A DNA stretch of 64,000 bases. It comes from an uncultured Chloroflexia bacterium (GTDB lineage Bacteria > Chloroflexota > Chloroflexia > Thermomicrobiales > UBA6265). Location: assembly GCA_963724295.1 (NCBI GenBank), contig CAVRUC010000013.1, forward strand, positions 523,210 to 587,209, written 5' to 3'. This document shows positions 55,388 to 64,000 of the stretch, piece by piece. Position numbers and translations under genes: made by a program. The notes under the pieces were generated by a model. That model was not told where the DNA came from, did no database searches, and saw only the letters and a program-made list of their open reading frames with translations. Every line of letters starts with the position of its first letter. Within the stretch, counting starts at the first letter, position 1.

Positions 55388-55738
55388 ATGGAGTTCCACG
55401 CCCTGCTCACGCTCTCGCTTCCACTCGTCGTGCAAGACGCACTGATCGTCGTCGTCGCCGGCGTTGTGCTGCTGGCAAGCCTCGCCTTCATCAACCTCGG
55501 GATCCTGCTGCCGGGCTTGCTCACGTCGCTTGGCGGGCCTCAGCCCGACCAACGCGGTGCATACCTGGAGTTCGGCCCGGCCGGCGCACCGATCATCTCT
55601 GAACCCGCGCCGCCTCGGGCAACAGATGCGCCGATGTCCGGTTCTTCGCAGACACCAACGCGACCACAGCTCCGGCACCGCCTCTGGCGCGGCATGGCTC
55701 TCCACCTGGCTCCGCCACGTGAGCCGGTCAGGCAGTAA
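55388..55738 (+). CDS. small membrane protein, hypothetical
   Basis: GGAGGA RBS 7 nt upstream. TM 'ALIVVVAGVVLLASLAFINLGILLPGLL', followed by a Pro-rich tail. Confidence 0.4.
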   Translation: MEFHALLTLSLPLVVQDALIVVVAGVVLLASLAFINLGILLPGLLTSLGGPQPDQRGAYLEFGPAGAPIISEPAPPRATDAPMSGSSQTPTRPQLRHRLWRGMALHLAPPREPVRQ

Positions 55739-55760
55739 GAGGGAAGAGAGGTATCGCACC

Positions 55761-56322
55761 ATGCTTCGATCCGCCACGCATACGCCCAACGTCTCGATTG
55801 CTGAATCGGGACCGACCGGGTTCATCCAGCAGACCATCCCGTACGTGTACGCGTTCGCCCTGGGGGCTGCCCCTGTCCTGGACAGTCGCATGCCACTTGG
55901 CAGGATCGTCACCGTTGCCGTGGCCGATGGCACACGCCCTTCCCATGCTCCTGATGATCTGTTCGCCAGGCGAGTTCCTGGTATCCCGGCCGTCACTGGT
56001 CCAGTCCATGTGACCGGGGTCCGCCGGGGTGACAACCTCGAGATCGAGCTGATCGCACTCGAAGCGAACAACTCAGGATCGATCGGTCAGCTCCTCGCCA
56101 CCATCGGAGTCGCAAGCGGTGACGCGAGGCGAGATGCTGGATCCAGTCCAGACCACTATCCCCGTCGGCGGATTCGTGCGAATGACGGCTCGGCAACCCG
56201 GCGGTCTGTTCCTATTCGGGCCGGTTGTTGCAAGGCGGAACCGTAACGGAGCTCCGTGCGAAGAGCCCGTGGCCGCCCGGATGATGGTCCGCTGCACGGT
56301 CGTTCAGTCTGACAGCGTTTGA
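55761..56322 (+). pseudogene. short, probably degenerate acetamidase/formamidase-like gene
   Basis: 'APVLDSRMPLGRIVTVAVAD...IPAVTGPVHVTGVRRGDNLEIELIALE' resembles the FmdA/AmdA N-terminus. After about 56100 the frame becomes Arg-rich, and a second frame (56119..56322) reads 'IPVGGFVRMTARQPGGLFLFGPV...MVRCTVVQ'. Confidence 0.35.
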
Positions 56323-56324
56323 CC

Positions 56325-56669
56325 ATGGACGCCGTTCGCATTTCCCCCATCTGGGTTGGTTTGCTTGTCGCGTCGATCCTCTGTGACGTGGTTGCCACCG
56401 CCTATCTGAAATGGGCAGGCGACCGGTTTTCCGCCAACTTCCTTCTCGCCAACATCCTGAGCGTCGGCCTTTTCGCGCCGGCCATCGTCACCTTCGGTTA
56501 CGCCTTGCGCGAGGGACCGAGCTATCTCGTGACCACCCTTGTCTGGCTGGTGGGGCTGACGGTTGGCAACACCCTGGTCGGCGTACTGGCCTTCGGCGAT
56601 CCGTTCGGTCTAGCCAAAGCGGCCGGTTTGTGCGCCGCGGTGCTGGCGCTGGTACTGCTCACCGCCTGA
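56325..56669 (+). CDS. SMR/DMT-superfamily small 4-TM transporter
   Basis: About 114 aa with four TM helices. Confidence 0.65.
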   Translation: MDAVRISPIWVGLLVASILCDVVATAYLKWAGDRFSANFLLANILSVGLFAPAIVTFGYALREGPSYLVTTLVWLVGLTVGNTLVGVLAFGDPFGLAKAAGLCAAVLALVLLTA

Positions 56670-56747
56670 CTCGCGGGCCGTCGGGCACTCGGGAAGATTC
56701 CGCGTCGTCGCGGGGCGTGGGTTCGCTCGGCTGCAAAGGGACACCTG

Positions 56748-57881
56748 ATGAACGCGGAGCTGCTGCCAACCACCATCGACCCGCCGCACGCGACTCTTCC
56801 CAGCGCTCCCGCCATCGCGACTCGGTGGCGCTGGCTCGCGATCGCCTCCGTCCTTGCGGCGGCGTGCTGCTGGGCGACGCAGGGCGTCGCCTACGATTTG
56901 ATCCTCGACGGCATCCGGACCGATGGCCTGACCGTGGTGACCCTGCGGGCGATCACGGCCACCGTGCTGCTCTGGGGCTGGCTCGCGATCACCGACCGGT
57001 CAGCCCTCAAGATCCCGCGATCGGATCTCCCCGCGTTTGCCGTGCTCGGGCTCGTCGCCATCACGATCTTCTACCCGGCGCTCTTCTACGCCTACGCGTG
57101 GACGAGTGTCAGCGTCGCGAGCACGCTGCTCTACCTCGCCCCGGCGCTCGTGACCCTCGGTGCGGCCGCATTCCTGGGCGAGGCGCTGACCCGCGGCAAG
57201 AGCGTGGCGCTGGTGCTGACGTTCGTTGGTAGCGCCCTGATCGTCCAGATCACCCAGCCCGCCAACCTGACCGGCAATGCGGCGGGAATCGCGATCGGGC
57301 TCGTGGCCGCGGCCAGCTACGCCACCTACAGCCTGCTCGGCAAACACCTGCTGCGGCGGCACCGCATGGCGACCGTCCTGGCCGCCTACCTCCTGCTCGG
57401 CACCCTGCTGCTCATTGCCCTGAAGCTGGTCGTCGCCCCGCAAACCTGGCCCGCCCCCCGGGAGGCCCTGACGATCGGGCTCTACACCGGCGTGATGACA
57501 ACCCTGGTGCCGATCACGCTCTTCACCTTCGGCCTGAGCCGGCTGCCATCCGGTGACGCCACGATCCTCCTCACCTTCGAGCCAGTAGTGGCCTTTGTCC
57601 TCGCCGCCGCGGTCCTCGGGGAGTCGCTCGACACCGGCCAGTGGCTAGGGGCCGTAGCCGTTCTCGGCGGTGTTCTGCTCCTCACGATCTGCGGTCGAGC
57701 GCCTGTTCGCACTGGCAACGTCAGGCCGCGTCGCTCACATCGTGAGCCGCGACGATGCTGGATCGGCACCAGGATTGGATGCCGGCAGCCACTCCCGCTG
57801 CATCAGCCCCGATGCTTCCTCGAGTGGTCAGCCAGGGGTCGCACCCACGGTCAGTCCGTCGCGTGCCCGCTACCGAGATGA
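56748..57881 (+). CDS. EamA-family (DMT) transporter
   Basis: 10-TM pattern with two EamA repeats. The last ~60 aa are Arg-rich and may not be genuine. Confidence 0.8.
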   Translation: MNAELLPTTIDPPHATLPSAPAIATRWRWLAIASVLAAACCWATQGVAYDLILDGIRTDGLTVVTLRAITATVLLWGWLAITDRSALKIPRSDLPAFAVLGLVAITIFYPALFYAYAWTSVSVASTLLYLAPALVTLGAAAFLGEALTRGKSVALVLTFVGSALIVQITQPANLTGNAAGIAIGLVAAASYATYSLLGKHLLRRHRMATVLAAYLLLGTLLLIALKLVVAPQTWPAPREALTIGLYTGVMTTLVPITLFTFGLSRLPSGDATILLTFEPVVAFVLAAAVLGESLDTGQWLGAVAVLGGVLLLTICGRAPVRTGNVRPRRSHREPRRCWIGTRIGCRQPLPLHQPRCFLEWSARGRTHGQSVACPLPR

Positions 57882-59194
57882 GCTGGCCGCGCATAGTCTT
57901 GCTCCTCGGGACCATGCTCCTCGGTGTGCTGGGAGGGACCGCGCTCCTCCTGGCCGTGGCGATAGAGATCCCGGCGACCGCGCGTGCGGACTCCGTCGCG
58001 GAAAATGCGGCGATTGCGCGTCGGTTCTACGCCGCGGTCAACGATGCCGTGCGCACTGGTGACCTCTCTCTCCTGGACCAGGTGGCGGACACGACGGGAA
58101 CAGGGTGCGACGTGCGCTGCCGCGTGAGCGCCCTCCATCGGCTTGCCCCGGACGTGCGGTTGCAGGTCGACGATCTGCTCGTCGACGGGGACCGGGTCGC
58201 CGTCCACCTCTCCCTCCAGGGCAATGAACGGCCCGTCCTGCTCGGGCTCCCGCTCGAGGGCGACCTCGCGCCGTGGGGTCCGGTCGATTTCCTGCGCGTC
58301 GATGATGGCCAGATCGTCGAGGTGCAGCCGGCTGGCGACCTTCCGTCGCTCGTCGAGCCATTGGGACGCATGACGCTGGAGACGGTTCCTGCCGCTCCAT
58401 ACCGGCTCGGTCTCGTCCGTCTGACCCTCGAACCCAGCGCGGCAATCACAGAGTTGTCCGCGCAGGGACCGGTCTTCTTGCTCGTCGAGAGCGGAACACT
58501 GGTCGTCGACGTCGACCAGCCGTCTCGGGTCCAGAGTGCTGAAGCCGCCGGCAATCCGGGACGCGACGAGCTTCGCGCCGCCGGAGCCATCACGCTCTCT
58601 CCCGGTGAGCGGATTGCCCTTGTCGCCGGCACGGGCTACTCGCTGCGCGGCATCTGGAAACGAGCCAGCCGTCGTTCTGAGCGCCGCCGCTCTGGCGGGA
58701 GACGGGGGACCTACCGAATCGCTGGATTCGGGCGCGGTCCCTCGATGAGATCCTCTTCAATCCGGGGGAACCGGAGCTAGTGGCTCAGACAAGCGAACCC
58801 ACCATATTGGCCCCCCGGCGTGCGGAGCGAATTGATCGCCTCCGGGATCATCAAGACGCGACCGGCGGAATCAGCGACACTCGAGCTGACCCGCCTTACG
58901 CTGGCGCCGAATGCGGCGCTCCCAATCCACGATACATCAGCGGAACTGCTCGCGGTCGATACCGGCGCAGCCGTCGTTGACCTGGTCGCTGGTGATGGAG
59001 CCATGCGTTCCCGAACCCGTGCGCTGCAAGTGACAATCTGGTCCCAAGGGAGCAGCTCAGCGCGAGATTCGAGGCTGACTGAGGGTGGCGCCGCCGTGCT
59101 GCAGCCGGGATCATCCGCTGGCGTCCGCAACGTCAGGGGTGATCCGCTCGTCCTGCTGATTCTCACGATTGAACCGGATTCCGGTCCGGCATAA
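57878..59194 (+). pseudogene. membrane-anchored SnoaL-like + double cupin-like protein, apparently broken by two or more frameshifts
   Basis: 'MSWPRIVLLLGTMLLGVLGG', and 'ENAAIARRFYAAVNDAVRTGD' (SnoaL-like). Module 1 ends in 'GTGYSLR' and then goes out of frame (~58645). Module 2 is in ORF 58820..59194 ('LELTRLTLAPNAALP...LQPGSSAGVRNVRGDPLVLLILTIEP'). Confidence 0.55.
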
Positions 59195-59230
59195 CCGGAG
59201 CGTCAAGCGAAGAGGTTTTGCCAGGCGTTC

Positions 59231-59345
59231 TCAGAACTCGGCGTTGAGCCCCGCGTAGCGGATGGCCTCGTCCCAGTTGATATTGAGCCCGCGGGCCACA
59301 TGGGGCAGCAGCTCGGTCAGCTCCATGGCATACCAGGCGCACCAC
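59231..59345 (-). pseudogene. 3'-terminal gene fragment, duplicate of 63689..63850
   Basis: Minus-frame '...AWYAMELTELLPHVARGLNINWDEAIRYAGLNAEF*' against '...AWYAMELTELLPHVARGLNINWDEATRYAGLNAES*' at 63.7 kb. There is no start codon, and it abuts the DUF1579 stop. Confidence 0.6.
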
Positions 59346-59349
59346 GCGG

Positions 59350-59865
59350 CTACGTCGTCCGCCGATAGTGCGAGGTCATGAACTGCTGCCAGGTCCCATC
59401 GTCGCCCAGCACGTGCGCGGTCAGCACCCGGTGGTCGTCATCCGTGAGCTCAATCACGTCCCGGTACGTCGCCATCGTCCCGTCACCCGCCATGCTGGGG
59501 CCCTCAGCCTCCAGCGTCAGCACCTGCCCCGCCGCATCCAGCGCTCCGTCGTAGACCCAGAGGTGGGTCATCATCGACCCGATCCAGGTGCCGACGTACC
59601 GCCCCTTCTGCGCGTCGTAGCCGAGGGTCATCACCGATTGGTCGATGTCACCGTCGGGCGTTTCCCCCTCCCCCTCGGCCAGCACCCAGAGGTCCCCGAG
59701 CGAGCGCACGCGCTCCCTCCCCGTGAACGTCTCCACGGGCTGGTCTGGCCCCATCGTCGCCTCGCCGTCGAAGGTCCACGCGCCGATGAGCTTCTGCAGC
59801 CAGCGGTGTTCCTCCTGCGGGTTGGTCATCGTCACTGGTAATTGTGGTGCCTCACTCGTCGTCAT
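59350..59865 (-). CDS. DUF1579-like protein
   Basis: 'HRWLQKLIGAWTFDGEATMGPD...LGYDAQKGRYVGTWIGSMMTHLWVYDGALD'. The family call is from memory. Confidence 0.65.
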   Translation of the reverse strand: MTTSEAPQLPVTMTNPQEEHRWLQKLIGAWTFDGEATMGPDQPVETFTGRERVRSLGDLWVLAEGEGETPDGDIDQSVMTLGYDAQKGRYVGTWIGSMMTHLWVYDGALDAAGQVLTLEAEGPSMAGDGTMATYRDVIELTDDDHRVLTAHVLGDDGTWQQFMTSHYRRTT

Positions 59866-60084
59866 CGTTGCGTCTCCTTCTCGCGTGCGTGATGGCCGGC
59901 TGCGGTGCCGGGCGTCGCAGGCGGACAGAGCCCGCGCACATGTTCCTTGACCGGACCCATCCTACCGCCGAATGGGGACAGGCCGCGCCCTGAAATGGGG
60001 TCTGGGAACCGGTTTCATAACCCGAGGACAACGTGGTGAGTGGTCCCTACGGGCGGCCAAACTTTGGACCCAATCAGGACCCCA

Positions 60085-60498
60085 CTAGGCAGCCATTGGC
60101 TCGATTTCCTGCGTGCAGAAGGGGCAGCGGGTCGCGCCGAGCTGGATCTCGGAGAGGCAGAATGGGCACTTGCCGGTGAGAGGATCCGGGGTCGGCTCTG
60201 CACGCAGCCGGGTCATCATCGCGTTCATGGGTTTGACCACCAAAAAGAAGATGGCGACGGCGATGATCAGAAATCCGATCACCGAGTTGAGGAAGGCCCC
60301 GTAGAGGATCTCACTGCCATTCAGCGTGAAACTCAGGCTGGAAAAGTCGGGCTGACCGAAGATGGCCGCAATGATCGGCGTGATAATGTTCGTGACCAGC
60401 GAGGTGACGATCGCCCCGAAGGCAGCCCCGATGACGACCGCCACCGCCAGATCGATGACGTTGCCGCGCAGGATGAACTGCTTGAACTCGGTCAGCAT
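60085..60498 (-). CDS. mscL: large-conductance mechanosensitive channel
   Basis: 'FKQFILRGNVIDLAVAVVIGAAFGAIVTSLVTNIITPII'. C-terminal 'CPFCLSEI...RCPFC'. Confidence 0.9.
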   Translation of the reverse strand: MLTEFKQFILRGNVIDLAVAVVIGAAFGAIVTSLVTNIITPIIAAIFGQPDFSSLSFTLNGSEILYGAFLNSVIGFLIIAVAIFFLVVKPMNAMMTRLRAEPTPDPLTGKCPFCLSEIQLGATRCPFCTQEIEPMAA

Positions 60499-60695
60499 TG
60501 CTTTCTTCTCCTGGCTTCCTTCACCCTGTTCCGGGTGAGCATCCTAGCATTGGCGGCGGATGCCCGGCTGCCGGACGTCGGTTCTAATCATGAAACCTGT
60601 TCAGGGTGGGCACGGTCCGTGCACCGCAAACACCGTCTGGATCAAGCACCTCCGTGTCCCTTGAACCACCATCTGCGATACATAGGAGCTTGCGC

Positions 60696-61928
60696 GTGCA
60701 CTCGCTGACCGCGACCATCGATCGCCTCTTTCGCCGTGATCCCGCCTTCTTGGCTGACCCCTATCCGGTCTACCACGACCTGCGGCGGGTCGCGTCCGTC
60801 TTACGGGTCGACGGAGCGGCGGCTGACCCGCCTTGGCTCAATGCTTGGCACGTCTTCGCCTACGAGGCGGTGGCGAGTTGCCTTCGTGACGAGCGCGTCT
60901 CATCTCAGCGCCACATGGCCATGATGCCCCTTGAGCATTTCGGCATCGATCCCACCACGCCAGCCGCGCGCTTCTTCTGGACCATCCAGGCGCAAACGAT
61001 GCTCACCATGGATGGCTCCGACCACACCCGGTTGCGCCGTCTCGTTCTCAAGGCGTTTACGCCCCGCGTCGTGGAACGCATGCGCGACGACATCCAGGCC
61101 GTCATCGACGCGCTGCTCGATTCGGCCGCGCTGGAGAGCGGCGAGCGGTTCGATCTGATGTCGGATCTCGCCGCGCCCTTGCCAGCCATGGTCATCGCCC
61201 AATTGCTCGGCATTCCCTCGGAGGACTGGGCAAGCTTCAAGCGTTGGTCGGATGGCATCATCGGCTTCACCATCACGCAAGAGAAGCTCGATAACTTCTA
61301 CGCCTTGGGAGAGTACCTGCGTAGCCGCATCGCTGAGCGCCGCAATCAGCCCCGAGACGACCTCATTTCCGGCTTGACCACCGCCCGGGATCAGGACGAC
61401 GCGCTCTCCGAAGACGAACTGGTCGCCCAATGCATCGTCCTGCTCGTCGGTGGCCACGAAACCACGACACACGCCCTGGGCAATGCCGTCTACCGCCTGC
61501 TCGCCGCGCCCCCGTTGTGGGAAAGCCTGGCATCCCTCCCGATCGAACCCGTCGTCGAAGAGCTCCTGCGCTTCGACAGCCCGTTCCAGGCGCTCTCCCG
61601 ACGGGCCCGGACCGATTTCGTTCTCGGTGAGCAGGCAATCACCGCCGGCGACACAATTTGGCTCTGGATTGCCGCCGCAAATCGCGATCCAGCTCAGTTC
61701 CCGCGGCCCGATGACATCGACATGAGGCGTGAGGACAACCGGCACCTCAGCTTCGGCATGGGACCGCATTACTGCCTCGGCGCGGCCCTCGCCCGACTCG
61801 AGCTCCAACTCGCGCTCGCGACGCTGCGCCGCCGCTATCCCAGATTGCAGCTCGCCTCGGCAAACGTGGAGTGGAGGCGCGACGGAGCGATCCGGGGACC
61901 ACAATCGTTGCTAGCGACTACGGGCTGA
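60696..61928 (+). CDS. cytochrome P450
   Basis: GTG after TAGGAG. 'LLVGGHETT', and the haem loop 'FGMGPHYCLGAALA'. Confidence 0.9.
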   Translation: MHSLTATIDRLFRRDPAFLADPYPVYHDLRRVASVLRVDGAAADPPWLNAWHVFAYEAVASCLRDERVSSQRHMAMMPLEHFGIDPTTPAARFFWTIQAQTMLTMDGSDHTRLRRLVLKAFTPRVVERMRDDIQAVIDALLDSAALESGERFDLMSDLAAPLPAMVIAQLLGIPSEDWASFKRWSDGIIGFTITQEKLDNFYALGEYLRSRIAERRNQPRDDLISGLTTARDQDDALSEDELVAQCIVLLVGGHETTTHALGNAVYRLLAAPPLWESLASLPIEPVVEELLRFDSPFQALSRRARTDFVLGEQAITAGDTIWLWIAAANRDPAQFPRPDDIDMRREDNRHLSFGMGPHYCLGAALARLELQLALATLRRRYPRLQLASANVEWRRDGAIRGPQSLLATTG

Positions 61929-61985
61929 TCCCCACGTCTCCCTCCCATCCGTGACCGCTCACCTGCCCACGAACCGCTCGACTGC

Positions 61986-63191
61986 CTAGAGGTCCGCCGC
62001 CGCCTCGGCCATCGGGGTCGTCCCCGCGTGCGGCCCGGCCTCAGCCCGCCGGGCCTGCTCGGCCAGCAGCGCAACCACTACCCCGAGCAGTGCCACCACC
62101 GCCAGCCCTGCTTGCAACCCGCCGAACGCCTCCGAGACCAGCCCGATCGCCGGTGGCCCGACCAGGAACCCGGTGTAGCCAGCGGTGGCCACCGCGGCGA
62201 TCGCTGTGCCGGTTGGTACTCCCGGCGTGCGCCCGGCCGCCGAGAGGAGGACGGGAAAGGCTGCCGCCAGTCCCGCCCCGACGCAGGCGAAGCCGATCAG
62301 CGCAGCTGGCACCGTCCCGACCAGGAGTGCCACCCCCACCCCCAGTGCCACGAGCGTCCCGCCGCCCCGGATCACCCGGACTGGTCCCAGTCGCTGCACC
62401 AGCCCGTCGCCGGCAAAGCGGCCGGCAGCCATCGTCAGCGAGAAGGCGGTGTAGCCCCAGCCCCCTACCGCGGCGGTTGCCCCCAGCACGTCACGCAGGT
62501 AAACGGCGCCCCAGTCCGCCACCGCCCCCTCGGCCAGCAGGACCCCGAAGGCGAGGGCGCCCACACCAGCCAGCGGGCCGACAGGCAGAGCAAATGCCGG
62601 GCCTTCATCGTCGCCCTCGGCCGCGACAAGCACGAGGGACCGGGCGGCCGCCAGCGCCAGCACCGCCAGCGCAACTCCCGTGCAAAGCAGATGGGGGGCG
62701 GGAGGGATACCGCGGCCGGCGACCAGGCCGGCGACGAAGGAGCCGACCAGCGTCCCAGTGGAGAACATCCCATGGAATGACGACATGATCGGGCCACCCC
62801 ATCGCTCCTCAACCGCCACCGCCTGGGCGTTCATCGCCACGTCTAGTGCGCCGTAGGCCGCGCCGAAGACGAAGAGCGCGGCGAACAGCAGTGGCGCCGA
62901 GGGCGCCAGCGCAGGCAGGACCAGAGTGGCACATGCCAGGAGGGCAGTCGCAACTGTGACCCGCCGGCTGCCGAAGCGGGCAATAGTCCAACCGGAGCCG
63001 GTCATCGCCACGACGGAGCCGGCCGCCGTGCCGAGCAGGACCAGCCCCAACGTCGCGTCGTCCAGCCGCAGCTCCGCCTTGACGTCGGGAATGCGCACTG
63101 CCCAGGTACTGAACGAGACCCCTGCCAGGACGAAGTACGCGACGACGGCAGCGCGGGCACCGCCGACCTCTCCCCGGAACCACGGAACCAT
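61986..63191 (-). CDS. MFS transporter
   Basis: 12-TM pattern, 401 aa. Confidence 0.85.
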   Translation of the reverse strand: MVPWFRGEVGGARAAVVAYFVLAGVSFSTWAVRIPDVKAELRLDDATLGLVLLGTAAGSVVAMTGSGWTIARFGSRRVTVATALLACATLVLPALAPSAPLLFAALFVFGAAYGALDVAMNAQAVAVEERWGGPIMSSFHGMFSTGTLVGSFVAGLVAGRGIPPAPHLLCTGVALAVLALAAARSLVLVAAEGDDEGPAFALPVGPLAGVGALAFGVLLAEGAVADWGAVYLRDVLGATAAVGGWGYTAFSLTMAAGRFAGDGLVQRLGPVRVIRGGGTLVALGVGVALLVGTVPAALIGFACVGAGLAAAFPVLLSAAGRTPGVPTGTAIAAVATAGYTGFLVGPPAIGLVSEAFGGLQAGLAVVALLGVVVALLAEQARRAEAGPHAGTTPMAEAAADL

Positions 63192-63688
63192 GCGTGCCCT
63201 TCCCCACTGCCGCCCGGGCGGGCCGGACCACCTGTATCGGAGTGTGCAAGGATCGGGCCGCGGATCGACCCGATGAGAGAACCTGCACGGGGCTTTCGGC
63301 TCCCATAACGCCTATTATCGAGTCCACTACTTACGACTACGCGGGAGAACGCTTCTCGGCCTCGCTAGCGTCGAGTTCCACGAGGTCGTCGAGTCTGGAT
63401 CAGCCGAAGGGGCACCCGCCGACCACATGCTGGACACGCCTCAGCGCGTGACGGCTGGTCATCTCCGATAAAGACCCGGGATGTCAAGCTGAGACACGTC
63501 TCGAACGGAAGGTGTGCCGGCCATGCGCGGAGCCGGGAGATCCTCGTTGTCTCAGAAACGAGAAACTGATCACTCTGCTGCAAGCACGCTGGCGCTCCCG
63601 GCGCAGGAAACCAGGCTTGCGCGGCCGCACCGATGGAAAAGGGGTTCAGGTCCCTGAGCAATAGCCGAGACGATGGTTCTGGGCGTGT

Positions 63689-63850
63689 TCAGGACTCGGC
63701 GTTCAGCCCGGCGTAACGCGTCGCTTCATCCCAGTTGATGTTGAGTCCGCGGGCGACGTGAGGCAGCAGCTCGGTCAGCTCCATGGCGTACCAGGCGCCG
63801 CTGCCGCCGCGCGCCTGCTCGAAGGCGTGGGCGCACCATTTGTGGGTGTA
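63689..63850 (-). pseudogene. 3' part of a gene truncated by the low-GC insertion at about 63851
   Basis: Minus-frame '...HKWCAHAFEQARGGSGAWYAMELTELLPHVARGLNINWDEATRYAGLNAES*'. The coding-like sequence stops where the GC content collapses. Confidence 0.55.
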
Positions 63851-64000
63851 TAAGTAAACAAAATCCTCCGATTGCAGTGTTGAATTTCGACTCGGAATTA
63901 CGTGAACTTGAGTCGTAGTGGCACAGTCCTCAGTTGCGATTTGGCCCCAGTACTATCAGTCCGCCTGACTAGGAATATCTCTCATGGCAGTGCCAACAAT
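63851..64000. mobile_element. probable terminus of an insertion sequence or other mobile element (runs off the window)
   Basis: There is an abrupt switch from ~70% GC to AT-richer sequence starting 'TGTATAAGTAAACAAAATCC...'. A possible ORF start 'ATGGCAGTGCCAACAAT' lies at 63984. No family could be assigned. Confidence 0.4.

Noticed and set aside
55247-55738. The full 163-aa ORF as listed.
   Set aside because: The first 47 codons have no RBS and an Arg-rich composition. The internal ATG at 55388 has a GGAGGA RBS and is followed directly by the TM helix, so only 55388..55738 was kept, and even that with low confidence.
63365-63661. 98-aa minus-strand ORF in the 500-bp region upstream of the MFS gene.
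   Set aside because: It has no RBS and no motif, and its composition is unconvincing. The region is more likely a non-coding leader or promoter. I looked for a riboswitch-like pattern and recognised none.

Overview
This is a 64-kb high-GC bacterial chromosomal window. Hand counts of single 60-nt lines give about 70-72% GC in core genes (e.g. 11041-11100) and about 52-53% in the 7.3-8.8 kb segment. Gene content and the secretion leaders suggest a Chloroflexota/Thermomicrobia-like or actinobacterial host, but the taxon cannot be proven from sequence alone. About 60 protein-coding genes can be supported. I recognised no rRNA, tRNA or CRISPR array. The layout has three parts. (i) 1-10.7 kb is a lower-GC accessory, defence-type island. 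It holds a DUF559-like nuclease, an HNH nuclease, an AbiTii-like protein, a TIR/NDT-like + nuclease-like fusion followed by an Mrr-type nuclease, three paralogous membrane-anchored proteins and several orphans. Four copies of a ~70-90 bp repeat cut it into blocks, and it ends exactly at the RBS and start codon of a core luciferase-like monooxygenase gene. No integrase or transposase is visible inside it. (ii) 10.7-63.8 kb is core metabolism, transport and regulation. It includes an LLM oxidoreductase, PPOX/VOC/acyl-CoA dehydrogenase genes, a cNMP-binding thioredoxin-reductase-like enzyme, a three-domain molybdenum hydroxylase, ScyD/ScyE-like propeller proteins, an FAD/BBE oxidase cluster and two large STAND-type regulators. 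It also includes a run of secreted hydrolases, a Tat-exported tandem gamma-carbonic-anhydrase-like protein, lhgO, a PotABCD-like ABC importer with COG0523/deacetylase/creatininase genes, DMT/SMR/MFS transporters, mscL and a P450. (iii) At 63.85 kb there is an abrupt GC drop that looks like the end of a mobile element inserted into a gene. Three recurring oddities stand out. Many intergenic regions are filled with composite 7-8 nt word repeats and their reverse complements. At least eight genes carry apparent frameshifts or an in-frame stop. Five secreted proteins share an AQEATP motif right after the signal peptide. The best candidate for an undescribed system is the low-GC two-gene module at 7319-8767, together with its neighbouring cassette structure.
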